A stretch of 64,000 nt of DNA from Dicyema japonicum (GCA_011109175.1 RDEW01000013.1:1034181-1098180), one strand, 5' to 3'; numbered from the stretch's first letter, positions 36,417-49,308 are shown. Notes: a model not told the origin generated them from the sequence alone. Numbers and translations are program-made.

Positions 36417-37063
36417 ATTATTATATTATAAAGCACAACGTCTTGCCATTGGAAATGACAAAACCAGTGCAGTACCAAACATTAATCTTTTAGTTAATTT
36501 TCTCCACTTTCCACGATCATGAGCCAAATCCCTCAAGTAATCCATATCACCAGCTATAAATAAAAGTGCGGAGTCGGCCAATTCTAAATATAAATCTGAT
36601 AAATCTGAGAAGTCATCAAATAGAGCCGGATCTTTGTTAATCCAACCACTGTGAGGTGCGTATACATTGATAATGGAGACAATGTCAGTGCTTGCTTTGG
36701 GATTCATAAACTTCATTTGTAGAACTCTGATGCGGTCATTAACTGCCCATACTCTGTAGATATGGGGGAGAAATTCCATTTTGATGGCAAAACCCAGTCC
36801 ATAGTGCCTTTTGACAGTCGGAAGAAAGATCAATTTGAATTTACCACATGTTTCTTCGTGGTTATCTTGGATTTTGGTTTCCTGTAGGCAACCGATTGCG
36901 ACATCGTAATTATGTAGGTCTTGACAGAGGGAGGTCCTTTTCCAAAAAGAGGTTAGGCCTCGGACGTTGAATGAGAACAGCGAGAATTTCTCCAAAAGAT
37001 AAGGTTCGTACTTTTCAGACATGTTAATACTTTATTAGAGCCACGTCACCAGCTCAACCAAAA
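36417..37063 (-). mobile_element. 647-bp internally deleted RTE-like mini-LINE with intact 198-aa ORF and 16-bp TSD
   Basis: APE motifs (FNVRGL, CLQETK, INVYAP, AGD) fused to the RTE terminal motif DYLRDLAHDRGKWRKL, then a (TAA)n tail. AAGTAAGTTCATCATT at 36401-36416 and 37064-37079. Confidence 0.9.
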
Positions 37064-37399
37064 AAGTAAGTTCATCATTCCACTGAAAATACGAAACGAA
37101 TTTCGTTAGTGAGGAGGAATCCTTAATAGAAAAACTGGAAATAGATCATTACTAATATTGAAGACTAAAGAGGCTTCCATCAAAACAGAGACTGGCGGTG
37201 GTTTTGCAGAATTGATCAGAGATATTTGAAATGCTTATAATAACAGGGGGTAACTTAAGGTTGTTTGTCTGAATATTAGTGCTTGGCATGGTGGTCTTTC
37301 ACAAACTTAACCGAAGGGTAATATTGGAGAACGACTCTTTCATGGCTGAGTTTTTCAGAGTAAATCTTAAGCTTGAAAAAATATCTTAAAACTCATAAT

Positions 37400-37690
37400 G
37401 AGGTCGGATTTCAGTATCCTGAAGCCTAAGATATGGAAGACTGCTTCAGGATCTTCTGCCTATATTCTTGTGGGGGCCACTGGAACCAGAAATTGCATCA
37501 ATGATTAAATTTTTTGGAATCCTCAAAAATCTTTGTTATAAAGAGGGAATCATATACCCGATCTTCATTTTGATAATGCACGTCTTCATTATTCTACTGA
37601 TTGAAATAGCAAACCTCAATGTTCAATATTAACCCCATACTCACCATTTCTCAATCCAGTAGTGAATTTTAGCACGTGGAAATTATGTTT
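37400..37690 (+). mobile_element. Tc1/IS630-like transposase relic
   Basis: FDNARLH and LTPYSPFLNP motifs. Confidence 0.7.
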
Positions 37691-38027
37691 CCAGATAAGG
37701 GGATGAAAATGAGAAAATTTAAATAGGTTTTTTTTACCATTAAAAATTTAGTGGGGCTATTGGTCGGGAAACCCTATAAAATACCTTGGAGGTGGGTGGA
37801 TCTGAGGTGATCTTTCAAGGATCATATCAATAGTAGAGAGAGAGAGCTTAGGAGATGTCAAACTGTGGTTCTTAACGGGGGCGCTGATTTTTTATTCTTT
37901 TGATTATTATCAGTAGTAGGTTTTATAAATAATTTATCATTTGCTTTTCTAATTAATTCTACTTTTCTTTAGTGTACTTTTGTAAAAAAATATTTACTGA
38001 TATATTTTCTAATTGTATTTAAACATA

Positions 38028-38380
38028 GATGTGTGGTAAAAAAGTAAAACAACGTATATATTCGGATGAATACTTAAGATTTGGAGTAATGCCCTACGAG
38101 CATAACAAATAACTTTCTATGTGTCTTATGTTTAAGAAGGTCTTTGAAGGAATGACGCCCACAAGAATGTCAAATCATCTTAAGATTTTTCATCGAGAAA
38201 CTTGATTTTGTATGTTAATTAGTTCACAAACATACAAAATCAGAAAACCTCATACTATTGGAGAGTCCTTAATATAGCTGTCAAAGAAATATTTGATTTA
38301 ATGGTTGACTGTGATTCTGCTCAAATAAGTTAATCAATTCCTCTCAGCAATAGTTCTGTCTCCTCCGAATTGATGAAATG
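38028..38380 (+). mobile_element. hAT Buster/Charlie (ZBED5/8-like) transposase N-terminal relic
   Basis: RIYSDEYLRFG...MCLM..KVF..MTPTRMSNHL...RKPHTIGE...IPLSNSSV..RIDEM. Confidence 0.8.
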
Positions 38381-38469
38381 CAAAAAAATTAAATTTTATT
38401 AACTAAAATTAATGTGAGAATTAAAATTAATGTGATCTGCTTTTTTCTTTTATTCTTTCAAAATAGGAA

Positions 38470-38810
38470 CTCAGTTTGATGACGGCGTACGTGAGAGTTG
38501 TATAAGATGTTCATCAGTTAGTTGGTTGCGAAATTTGGTTTAGATTCCTGTGATTCTGTTGAACAGAGCTTCACAACGCATTCGTAACCAAATTGGGGGT
38601 TTTAAAATTGAAATTCTACTCCAAATTGTAATAGTTGATTTTTGTTAAATATTGTGGTGAGCTCTATATCCGACTGCAATTCAATGAGCTCCATTTGAAA
38701 TTCGTCTGGAGCGTTGCAGGATCTATTTCTATAGGAGTAGAAAATAATTTCATAATTGGAAAGGCATCCTTGAAATTATTAAAAATTCTATCAAATTCTT
38801 CATTTAATAA
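38470..38810 (-). mobile_element. hAT (SPIN/GTF2IRD2-like) transposase C-terminal relic
   Basis: EEFDRIF...LFSTP...APDEFQMELIELQSD...KFRNQLTDEHL. Confidence 0.8.
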
Positions 38811-38872
38811 CTTGAGTATATTTAACACGTTTTTTAAATAATATTAATTTATTTAAATTTAATGCAAAAAAT

Positions 38873-39006
38873 ATTCCTTTTTGGACGACGATTCTTTGAG
38901 GATTGGAATCGGACAAAGGCTGGGACTAGACGTTTGCCAGGAGCACCGATGCCGATGCGGGAAAACAGTCGATGCGAAGGGATTGCACCCGCTGTCCTGC
39001 AGAAGA
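38873..39006 (+). mobile_element. CRE-clade fragment nearly identical to 58305-58436
   Basis: [42 protein letters not shown]. Confidence 0.92.
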
Positions 39007-40036
39007 AAAAATTAATGTGATAAAATTGTGATGATTATTATTATGAAAACTCTTCCGAATAAGAATGATGTCCGCGATAGTAGGACGTGTGTTAAAATAG
39101 AGGGGGCCGACCTACCTCTCCATCTCTCTTCGAAAGTGGAAGCCTCTATTAGACTATTGGAGACTGATCGATTAACACAAGCTGATGTTCCCCCTTGGAT
39201 TCGTTCATTGGATTAATTGTGGACCATTTGTGGCGGGTTTACTTGGGGTTGATAAGTGGCAACCAGATGATCGGTTCTCCCAAAGTATTTCTGCTCTTAC
39301 GCCGAGAAGCTTGTCGATATCAAGGCTTATGAGGGCTTTAGTGGATATCCAGTCATGGATTATTTTCTGTCAGGACGGTGAGGCTCAGTTTCTGAAATGG
39401 TTCGTAGAATCCGAATTTCATCACCGAGATAGGAATAATTTTCCTTTTTGTGGATACCCAAAGGCAGTCAGCTGGATGTCTGAAAACCACTATTCGATAT
39501 GAAACCACGAAGAATATATTGTGTCAGCAGTAAGCAGGCATTCTATAAAAACATAACAGCAGCTTCGAAAGATGGGAAAGATGTAAAAAAAGTCATGGGG
39601 AACTTATTCCAATATGAATCCTACTTCCACTTTTATAGCTAGCACATGTCTTCTTACTCTTCAAAAATGGACTGTTGGTTTATGATTATTATGATCAGGA
39701 GAGATCATAGAAGACGTCTATCGAGTGTAAGAGCCAGACTCAGAGAACAAAAGGAGATATCAGGGGGTATTCGACTGTTCGAGAAATAAAACACGACGGG
39801 TGGGTAAACTTGGGTCGTTCAAGACAATTAGATCCACATAATGACTGTGCAAGATGTTAAGTAATCAGAAATTTGTGATACATGCTTCTTTCTTATCTAG
39901 ATGTTGTACATTTTTTTGAAGTATATGGTAGCCAGTATTTTCTTTCGATTATATTTATTTTATTAATAATTATAATAATTTTAATTTATAAATTTGTTAA
40001 ATAATCAATTTTGTAATATCTCTGTTTCTTTTTGTT

Positions 40037-40370
40037 ATGTCAGGTTGAATACAATTAAAAATGCTTAGAATCTGAAGAATCAGTGAGGACATCAGAGCAA
40101 TGTCTTGAATATTTTTCGAATTTGGGGTATTATTCAAACGAGGGATTGAAATTTGGAGGAGACTATATAATATACCCTTATTCCCCTGATCAATGTCATT
40201 CAAGTCATGTGGTTTGGTGTGTTCACAAAGCTTTGGTTGATATCCTGGATCTTGTCACTAGGACTCGACTTGCCAACGACGTAGCAAAATCACTAGTGAT
40301 TGTCTCAAAATCAGATTCTGATATAAAGACTCTTACTTTTACGAGATTTTCGTTTCATAAAGATAAGTAA
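40037..40370 (+). CDS. TSEN34: tRNA-splicing endonuclease catalytic subunit (Sen34-like), reduced to about 105 aa
   Basis: GLKFGGDYIIYPYSPDQCHSSHVV...ILDLVTRTRLANDVAKSLVI carries the Tyr/His/Lys triad in a Sen34-like context. Putative first exon ATG TCA G (40037-40043) plus a 25-nt intron (40044-40068). The start is uncertain. Confidence 0.75.
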
Positions 40371-40439
40371 ATGTTTGATATGGTTGTTTTTATTGAGTTT
40401 TTTGTCTACATGACGAATGTGGCCAAGGAAACTGAACCT

Positions 40440-41330
40440 TGAGGTATCCTTCAATAGGTGTTGACAACAAGAGTATGTTGATATTTTGGGAGAAGGAGTG
40501 GTCAGATACCCAATATTATCTATGAGCTTGTCGATCATGAGATGTGTTAATGTGGATTAAAGGAACGAGAGTTCACTATGGAGGTTTGTTGAATGTAAAC
40601 ATCGCCATTTGCTAAGCGAGTTGTTGAGGAGGGAAGAAGACAAAACACGTGTTTTGATTCAGAAAATGGTAGGTAAGGTTTGGTGGCCTTCACAGTCTTA
40701 TAGGCATTGATTCTCTGTGTTTCATTTTGCATGCTCCCACTGTCTAAATGTACGCTTTCACTTTTTCCCCAGTTTTGAGGACGTCCAGAGAACCTCAACA
40801 ATCTTGAGACAATTCTCCCCTCCCAAAAAAGCGTGATTTTTATTTTTGTCATGACAAAAATGTATGGTTTTTTTTGCTCTTTCTCCGTACGTACACTTAC
40901 TGATTGTAGTGTCTACTCGCTGAAATTTCGTTTGCCACACAGATTCTTGGTTTTTCTTATCTCACGGCATAAGTGAACTATTCAGCATTCTTCTACACAT
41001 AATTGCCAGGTGTTAGGTCAACAACCGTTTTCTGATATCGACATTTAACCTGTCCATAGCTTTCCTCTACAAAGACTTCGAATTAGTCACAGACTCGTTT
41101 AGAGTTTCTCTCAATCCTAGCCCCATCAAAAAACTATTCAACTTCCTCCAGAATCCATTGTATTTCTTTAATGAGACAACAGATTTATCCATAACGAGGT
41201 AATTAGTCGAATGTAAGTCGTATGTGACCCGGATTTCCCATCGTAACTCTCGGGAATTTCCATTTAGTATTTGACTCAGAGGGTCCATACTCGGAGTTTG
41301 CATCCTCGGTGGCAGTGAATCGGCCATTCA
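40440..41330 (-). mobile_element. Possible Ty3/gypsy gag-protease relic
   Basis: Fragments FPESYDGKSG (gag-like), VHLDSGS (protease active site) and TRLANG (flap); many stops. Confidence 0.4.
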
Positions 41331-41479
41331 TGTTGTATGCTCCTTTTATCTTATTGTTACTGTGAAAAGCCGAGAATTATTGCTAAATTAGACGTTTCCA
41401 TGTCTTCAATCCGATGAGAACGGACTATGTGCATGAAACAATATTGCTGAACCCCACATTATCCACATTGCGAACCTAG

Positions 41480-42220
41480 TGTCCTCAGCTGATCTCGTTG
41501 TTGGTAATGAGTCTCTTAAATCATCGAAAGGGATCCAACAAAGTGATCCTTTTAGATATGGCCTCGTCTATGTGATTCGGGTTACAATTTTTAGTATTTG
41601 GCCGTTTTTCGATTTAGGCTCAACGCTTATGTACAGTCTAGAATTACTTCTTCTTATTCTTAGCAGATGTTCCCCCGAGATTTGTAATCTTTGACTCTCG
41701 CAGGATGAATTCTCTGAATGAATTCAAGATCATGACTTTTCTTACAATGCTGATATTACGGCCAAGGAAGACCTTTTGATATTGGGCTTATCTATTTCCC
41801 CCATATTCTCAATAAGATACCATCAGAGATCGGTAGAGCATATTCGAAAACTGGACCTGGACCAATCAGCCTCTTCCACCTACAGCGGTCTGCCTCCTTT
41901 TTGGATCAGGTCGTGAAGCGCACTCTTAAGGCGATTTTCGTCGCCTCTGAAAGCGGCAGGCCTGAACTGTGTAATGGAAAGCACCCTGAAGGCATCAGGG
42001 TCTTCCTTTTCTCTCACGGGAAATGCATGATCTGGGAAAGAGGTCCACACATACCTTTAAAGTTAGAAATCTGGGAGAACGCATGAGAATTCGAAAACTT
42101 AAAAAAAGAAAATATGCCCCTCTTGTGGATGCAACATGCATCGTCAAAACGACTGGAGTCTTTGGGCCTGAGAAGGTTCCATTCTTGAATCGCTCGGTTC
42201 GAGGATTTCCAAAGTAACCG
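41480..42220 (+). mobile_element. Highly degenerate CRE-clade element
   Basis: SSKGIQQSDP; VVKRTLK...CNGKHPEG..LFSHGKCMIW; KKRKY...KTTGVFGP. Confidence 0.6.
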
Positions 42221-43519
42221 AGGATCTTTTGAAAATGCAATGACTGTTCCAAAGGATTTCTCTGTCAAGAGGACTATCACCCAATTCTTTCTTTTGAGAA
42301 AATCTCGTCTTCGTTTCCTCTTTTACTTATCTTCCCTCGTTTTAGTATAGTGGCGTCCTATCGTCTCAGGTGACGACCAGAATTATTATTTAGAACCCAG
42401 GATCACCTAAAAATAAGATAGAAATAAACTTCAGACAGTTAGGTAATCCAAGTTCTTGCCATCAAACGACTGTGGCCTCCCATTGTTCCCACTACACACG
42501 AAAGAGGCATCTCTCATCCCTGCAGAAAAATCCGACTGGGGAAAGGAACTTCTTTTCTAATCGAGTTTCTTTTGCGCTTGAAAAAGACAAGCCAAGCGGG
42601 ATTTCATCCTCATCACAAAACCGAAAGGATCTGGATCCGCCATTAAGGGTCGTTTCTTCTGTTAATAGGGGGAAAGTTAATCCAACATGAGGGACCATCA
42701 TATGTATGGTTTCTGGTACATCGAGTTGAGTCTGTTGAATGAATGTCGGTCATTTGATTTCACCATTAAAGAAGTAAGTATAATGAAATTATTTAAAATA
42801 ATTTTTTTAATTATATTTTTGTTTAATTTATTTTCCCAATAAAATAACATTATGTTAATGTAATCTGAGGAAAGAAATTAGTATTAGTAAATTGTCAGAT
42901 TAGTCTTCATAACCAATTCCAGGGATAGGGTTAACCTTAGGGTTATGAAACAGGGATCGTTTACCATCACCCCATGGATATCTCTACGATTACATTGAAA
43001 AGTACTCGTTTTCTTGTGTACAAATGGTCATATGGGATATATTCTGGACGGACAAAGTGTTTCTGATGCTCTAATTCTCGTTGGCTGGTAAAATAAAACA
43101 CTAAGCCAAGCACGGGAAGTGTTACGTAAAGGGATAGAAATCTCCATTTTCTGTCATGTTCTATAAAATGTTATCATTTTTGTTGTTACCGTCTGTTGGA
43201 CGGGCAAATCTTTCGTTAACGTTGAAGAAACGACGAGTAAATTGGGTTGGCCTGCACAACCTCAGCATTGAATTTATTAATTATTAAATATTTATTATTT
43301 ATCATATTATTATTTTATTTAATAAATATATTAATTTCATAATATTGCCTAATTCATTAGTCAAGCGGTCACTTCAAGGATTCTTGGAAGTCTCTGTATG
43401 GTTATAAGTTTTCTATAAAGTTGATGTCGCGGGGGTAAATGAGGAATATCTAATAGATGGTCTAAGAACGTTTTGTCTTAGGAAAGTAGGTCGACGTCGT
43501 CAGCATATATCACTTTTTT

Positions 43520-43820
43520 ATCTTCTCTTAGTATGAGGTTCATAGTTTTCTCATAGTTGCTACAAATATTTTGCGAGCAGTAGAGGGGAGAGAGTCTCCT
43601 TGATTAGTGTCAGAATTTGTTCCGAATTTTTATTAGTAGGTCTTTTTGACTCTCACAGCAAGCTAAGTATTGGAAAGTAAAATTCTGATAATTTCTATGT
43701 TCAAGTATCCGGTTAGTTAATGACTGTTAATTGTGTCAAAGTTCATTAATGAGGTTATCTGTGGCATATTTTTGTGATATTTCATGAATCTTAGCATCAA
43801 GTGACCTTCACTTAGGTTAT
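43520..43820 (-). mobile_element. Degenerate LINE RT fragment, copy of 1600-1972
   Basis: Nucleotide similarity to 1640-1972. Confidence 0.6.
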
Positions 43821-45543
43821 CTCAGTTTATGTGATATGTCTTGCATACCCCACTCGCATTTTCCTTCAAGTTTCTCATGGTTGTGCTTCCTTCGGTTGAA
43901 GCATCATCTGGCACATCTCATTCTTTTCTCTTATACCAAGATGCTTCGAAACTGCCTCATCGATTGTTTTCTTTGTATGATCCCTTTAATTTCCTAGTAA
44001 ACAATCGTTGATATATCAATAGGTGAGTGAGTTTCACTGTATTTTGGTTACTTTTTTAGTCTCTGGTTGATAAATGTCGCAATCACCTGACAGTTGTCGA
44101 ATCTTCCCATGAATGTGCATTTAAGAGTGAGTTCTTGTCTTTTATCCGATACATAGTCATCTGCTTATATATGGAAACCAACTACGATTTTTTCCGCTCT
44201 TTTTTGCAGCTATTTTATGTCGGGCAGTGTGCATGAACGCAGTATTAAACAGAAGATGGAAATGTTTAATGTTTCAGAAAAGTTAATTTTTTCATGAATA
44301 AGCAAGTAAATAATTTCAAAAGTTAGTTAGGTGGCATTAGTTCTGCCACGTGGCTTGGATCCTATCGATCATCTTCACTGGGAATCAAATGGAGAACATT
44401 TGGAAATGAGAGCTCTGCAGTTCCTACCTGGGACTCTATGGAAATCCCTAAACAAAAGAATTATGTCTCGAATGCTATCATCCATCCTTTCCAACCCCAA
44501 TGACGGGGGTCGTCTGAAACAGATACACGATTTTGTTTCTACGAGTACCATCCAAAGACTCGATGATAATAAATAATCAGAATCCTCCTTTCCTAGGGAG
44601 TGGTACTACCCCCTCTTTATTGACGTACGCAAGTAAACTGGTTGATGTAAAAGATGTCCTCTGTTTTTTTACAACCTCTTCGAGTTGACACAAATCATTT
44701 TTCGCCTACAATGCCAATACTGACCGATCTATGGGAGTGATCGGTATTTGCTGCGTACACTCAATATCCGCTGGTCTCCTACTAGTTAGTGAGGCCGAGT
44801 TTACCTAACTAACTTACGTGACTTTGACATTTATCTGTTCCTTCTTCTCATTAGTTGGGCCTCACTGATAAGGAAACCACTTATCCTCTCCTAGTCAGGC
44901 ATTGGTTGCTTATACGTATTTGGGTGACACCAATGCTGACACTCGTTCGCTAAATGCGGAATAATTCATGAACCGATCAAGCAAATCGACGAATCAATGA
45001 GTAGACGTACTAATCGATATTTTCCCGGTTCTCGTCGAGACTGCATAAAATCTTCATCTCCGGAAGACAACCAATGTATTTTTTGCTTTCTAGACATTTT
45101 CCTCAACTTTTGGATGATCAATAAACAAGGCAGGTCATGTGGCGACTCACTTTCTTTGATTAAGTTTTCTCGAGGAGCTAAAGGCTAACCTCCAAGTAGA
45201 ATAAGCGTACTCTATAACCAGCAATAATTTTGTGGAGCAACTACAGATTCATGAGGGGAAAGTTTTTCTTTAGAAAACCCTTAGAACGTGTCATAGTAAA
45301 GAACTTTGTCGGATAACGTGATTTTGACTTTGTGTTGTAATTTCAACCTTCACTTCATTACAACCAAAGACTATACAATGAAGAAGAATTATCTTTTTTA
45401 AAATACTCGTAAATTAGTTCTGTGTGTCTCAAAATATTAATAATAAATATTTTAATAATAATAATAAATATTAATTATTATAATTAAATTATTACCATAA
45501 ACAATAAGTTGTTTTTTGTTTGCACGTTTATTAACTTTAATGG

Positions 45544-45849
45544 ATGAAAATTTCGAATCAGAATTACATTTCCTCAGAGAAGTCACTAAAAAACAAAACG
45601 ACTACAAGTACTAACACCACGTGTCAAAGTTTTAGATTAAAAAGAGCTAAAAATAACAATTCTGTCAAGTTGTGTCGCTTAAAGGCTAAACAAGAAGAAA
45701 ATGAATTAAGCAACGAACTCAAAAACTTAGAAGTAAGACATTATTGTCAATTTGAGGTTGTTCGAAATGAGACACGTGTCAAACTAGCCAGAGCAATTGA
45801 GAAACGAGATAAATTGTGGACAATATATATTAAATTGAGGGAGAAATAA
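45544..45849 (+). CDS. C/EBP-type bZIP transcription factor (about 93 aa after removing a 24-nt in-frame intron)
   Basis: FRLKRAKNNNSVKLCRLKAKQ has N-x7-R and the C/EBP/PAR-type Val. Removing GT-AG 45733-45756 restores the heptad register of the zipper. Confidence 0.7.
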   Translation: MKISNQNYISSEKSLKNKTTTSTNTTCQSFRLKRAKNNNSVKLCRLKAKQEENELSNELKNLEVRHYCQFEVVRNETRVKLARAIEKRDKLWTIYIKLREK

Positions 45850-46023
45850 AATTGTAAAAAAATAAATAATAATTTTGTTAATAATTTTTATATTTTAAAT
45901 TTAATCACATGTGTTTTGTATTTCACTTCAGAAACTATTTTGTTTTTTGGTTTGGCTGGTGACTGGCTCTTAAACATTATCCCCGGAAAATACGGAATTT
46001 ATCGGTCAGATTTCCCTCTCTAG

Positions 46024-46299
46024 GGTCTAGACATTCAATCAGAAGGACCTCCAGTACATGAAAAATACTTTGTCTGGAACTGGGACACCCGCAAACGCGA
46101 ACACGAGGATTATTTGTTTCGGGCACTCAGCGTTTCCGTGATCTATCAAAGGCAGACCTTCCTTGATGAAGACCTTAAGCAAATCGGAAGAGTCTGTTGG
46201 ACATGGCAGGAGTGGTCAGATATCAAAGAAGTCGACCCTCGCAAATTGGCCATTGTCGGTTCACTAGAATTTTTTATTCAATTTGAAAAAATAACATGA
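46024..46299 (+). CDS. Candidate terminal coding exon, unknown product
   Basis: 91 open codons after a pyrimidine-rich TAG acceptor at 46023, with normal amino-acid complexity. Upstream exon not resolved. Confidence 0.25.
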   Translation, partial: GLDIQSEGPPVHEKYFVWNWDTRKREHEDYLFRALSVSVIYQRQTFLDEDLKQIGRVCWTWQEWSDIKEVDPRKLAIVGSLEFFIQFEKIT

Positions 46300-46559
46300 A
46301 AAAAATTAAATCAAAATTTTATAACAAAAATTTCTAAAAACAGTTAAAAAAAATTATTTTATTCGAACAAATAAAAAAACAGCGAACAAAGAATTTTATG
46401 GAAAGATGCCTCAAATGATCAAAAAATTTATTCAAGTTCATTAAATGTTTTGTTAAAAAACCCTAAACTTGATAGGATCGAAAATGTCTGTTTTTCTGAT
46501 TGCTGTATCTTTAAAATATATTTCAAGATTTTCGTTATTGGAGTAATTTAAAACTCTGA

Positions 46560-47100
46560 AACGATTTCTGATCATAAGAGACACGTCTTTAAAATTTTAG
46601 TAACTTTGCAGAAACCCTTCTGTGGAATGAGCTATAATGTAATCCAGTTTCATCCGGATTACAGATTTGGTCGGGTTCATGTGCTATTAAAATTTATGTC
46701 TTCAAAAAAGGAGTCAATGTTTATGGATGTTCCGCATTTTTCCATGTAACTTGAGTATTGTAAATCCCTGTCTTTTAATTTAACCAAAAATCAATTAGAA
46801 TTTTTGAAATTACGAGTGTAACTCATTCCGAAAAATGTGGCCTTAGTTAACCACCTAAAAATTGATTTTTTCGAAAAATACCTTTAGACCCTACTACTTC
46901 CATCCATTCTACCAACTTCTCTTCAAGCGTTGAAAACTTTGGTTTATGTGCAGCTTTAATTACAGTTGATATTTTTTGAATCTTCAAAATAATGTCTTTT
47001 TTAGTAAAAGATTATTTATTGTTTTTCTCGATATCGTCTTTCGATACAATGCAAGAATCCATCAGCTAACTACTGGCACGAAATAGCAACATTTTTTTAC
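46560..47100 (-). mobile_element. Tigger/pogo transposase relic
   Basis: KPKFSTLEEKLVEWM...FKNSN.FLVKLKDR...LHG...DQICNPDETGL. Confidence 0.75.
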
Positions 47101-47234
47101 TTTATAATTTGAGTTTTTTGAATAATGCGAGTATAGCGTCCACAAAAAGCATTCGAAGACATGTGTTATAAAATTTTTATTTTTCCAATTTTTATTAAAA
47201 TTTGCCAATTGATGTCGCGGCCCTAATGTCTGCT

Positions 47235-47425
47235 AATTCACGGAGTAAGCGTTTCCGCGAACAACTGCGATACCAATTCTTTGCCTCAGCCAGACCGCTT
47301 CCCGCACGTCTTTCTTGCAGTGGCATTTTCCCCCGATTTCCTTTAGGAAAGAGGCTGTAATACTTCCGGCCGCACCAGACGTCTCGATTGCTACTGGTAC
47401 AAAACGGTAGCGGTCTCCAATTTTT
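47235..47425 (-). mobile_element. CRE-clade 3' fragment
   Basis: GDRYRFVPVAIETSGAAG...WLRQRIGIAVVRGNAYSV; the terminal part recurs at 58963-59005 on the plus strand. Confidence 0.85.
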
Positions 47426-49156
47426 TAACTAATTTACAAGAACTTCGGTCGCACACAATTTGGTTAGGGATTAGTTGATTTCTCTTGTTACGTGCTTTAT
47501 CACGCATTGCGTATAATAATAAACTGCTATCAACGTCATCTAATTTAAAGTGCATGCTTTTTGCAGTGCTTCTGCTACTTCATAAAAGTATACCCCTTCA
47601 ATTCAACATTAACGAATCAAAAATAGATTTTTTACAACCCAAAGTTCAAAAACTATTCAAGATTATCTCTGAACTGAGAAATAACTCTCATTGAGGTTGT
47701 CCGAGTGATAACTCGTGTAAATATCTGACAAATACGCCACAACCCGATCAACATTGCCATTAATAAGCTTAAAAAATAATTAGAAAACACGAACTGATCT
47801 ACTTTAAACGTTAGGAGTCGAAACAAGGTTGTATAAATGTAAACAAATAATCAGATTCCTAGTCGACCCAGAAATTCCAACGTTGAGGATCCAATGGCAC
47901 TGGAATTCTCCACAGCTAAAGAAGTAAAGAGGCTTTCTCAACGACCAAACAGTCTGGTAGATTTTGTCTATGGCGAAGGTACCCATACAAGTGACCAGAA
48001 GCTTTCCTGCTTTAAATGAGTATCCTATCTGGCCGTTTTCCATTATTCCTACACGAGGTGACAAATAAAAAAATTTGAGTTGATCAACTGTCTGTCAAGT
48101 GGATATTTTAGCTTCTTGGAAGTGTGCTCTATCGACCATATGGTAACATGCTTCAACAGTATCATCTGCGAGGCAGAAAACTACTCATCCAAAAAAATTT
48201 CCCCTTCTCGACACTTTAACACAAAAATTTATCAAAGGACGAAATAGTTGGAAGAGAAAGCCATGGACTAAGACAAGAAAATCAGATGACTGGATTGTGT
48301 TTACCTGAGATGACTTTCATCGATATATCTCGATGGACCGCAACTCAAAAGCCGGATTCCATCGTCATGTAACTAAAGCACATCGGTCCCAAGAAATAGA
48401 ACTAATAGGTTTCCAATGAAATCTTTCCTGATATCAGACAATATAAACGAGCCTATAGACTCGGTTTTGAGGATAATTCTCTCAAAGCACATTTTGGACA
48501 CTGATTCATCCGAATATTGAATTTTTGTTGGTAAACTTTGTGACTGGAAGATGATGTCAAGTGAAATGTGACCAAATAATATCGAAACTCGTTCCCTTCC
48601 ATTGAGTGTCTTTAGGTTATTTCATTTCACTAGCATTGTTCGACCTATACACGATATGCGATAACGGTTCACGGATAATTCGTCTAAAGAAATTCGTCTA
48701 ATTTGCACGTTCGATCTATTTAAATCCAAAGTTTATCTCATTGTTTTACCAAAATTACTAATTAAAACCGAAAAAAACAAAATTTGAATGAATCATTATT
48801 CGAACAATTTGTAGCTGGAAAACAGGTACAATCCCAAAAAAGTGTTTTCGCGAAAGTGCTTCACGCATAAAAAGAATTGTTGAAAATTTTAGATTTGACA
48901 ATATAAACGATATCTTAGAGGAATAGCTCACAATATTTTTTTCAAATATCTTAAATAAAATGATTTAATTGTTATTAGACAAACATGACGATTTAGACAA
49001 ATTGTTAATTAGACGAATTGTTTTAGATGAATTTTCTGGTTACCATGCAATAACATGAAAATTGTATCATATTTTCCTATGCAGATGATATTGTCAGGGA
49101 AACATCTGGGTCATGCAAGAAATGCTTGACTCCATAGTTTTCCCAGCTATTATAGG

Positions 49157-49308
49157 GTTTCCCGACTAATAGCGTCACTTTCCAACCATTAACGTCACTT
49201 TCCGATCATTAACGTAAATTTTTCGGTCAATAGCGTCACTTTCCCGACCATTAAAGTCACTTTTCCGTTCAATAGCGTAACTTTCCAGACTAATAGCGTA
49301 ATTTTCTA
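49157..49308. repeat. Imperfect 20-21-bp minisatellite, about 7 units (TTTCCGACCATTAACGTCAC-like)
   Basis: Directly visible tandem units. The flanking unit also occurs inverted near 37763-37776. Confidence 0.8.

Noticed and set aside
42925-42945. Telomeric TTAGGG-like sequence
   Set aside because: Only one or two units; no array.
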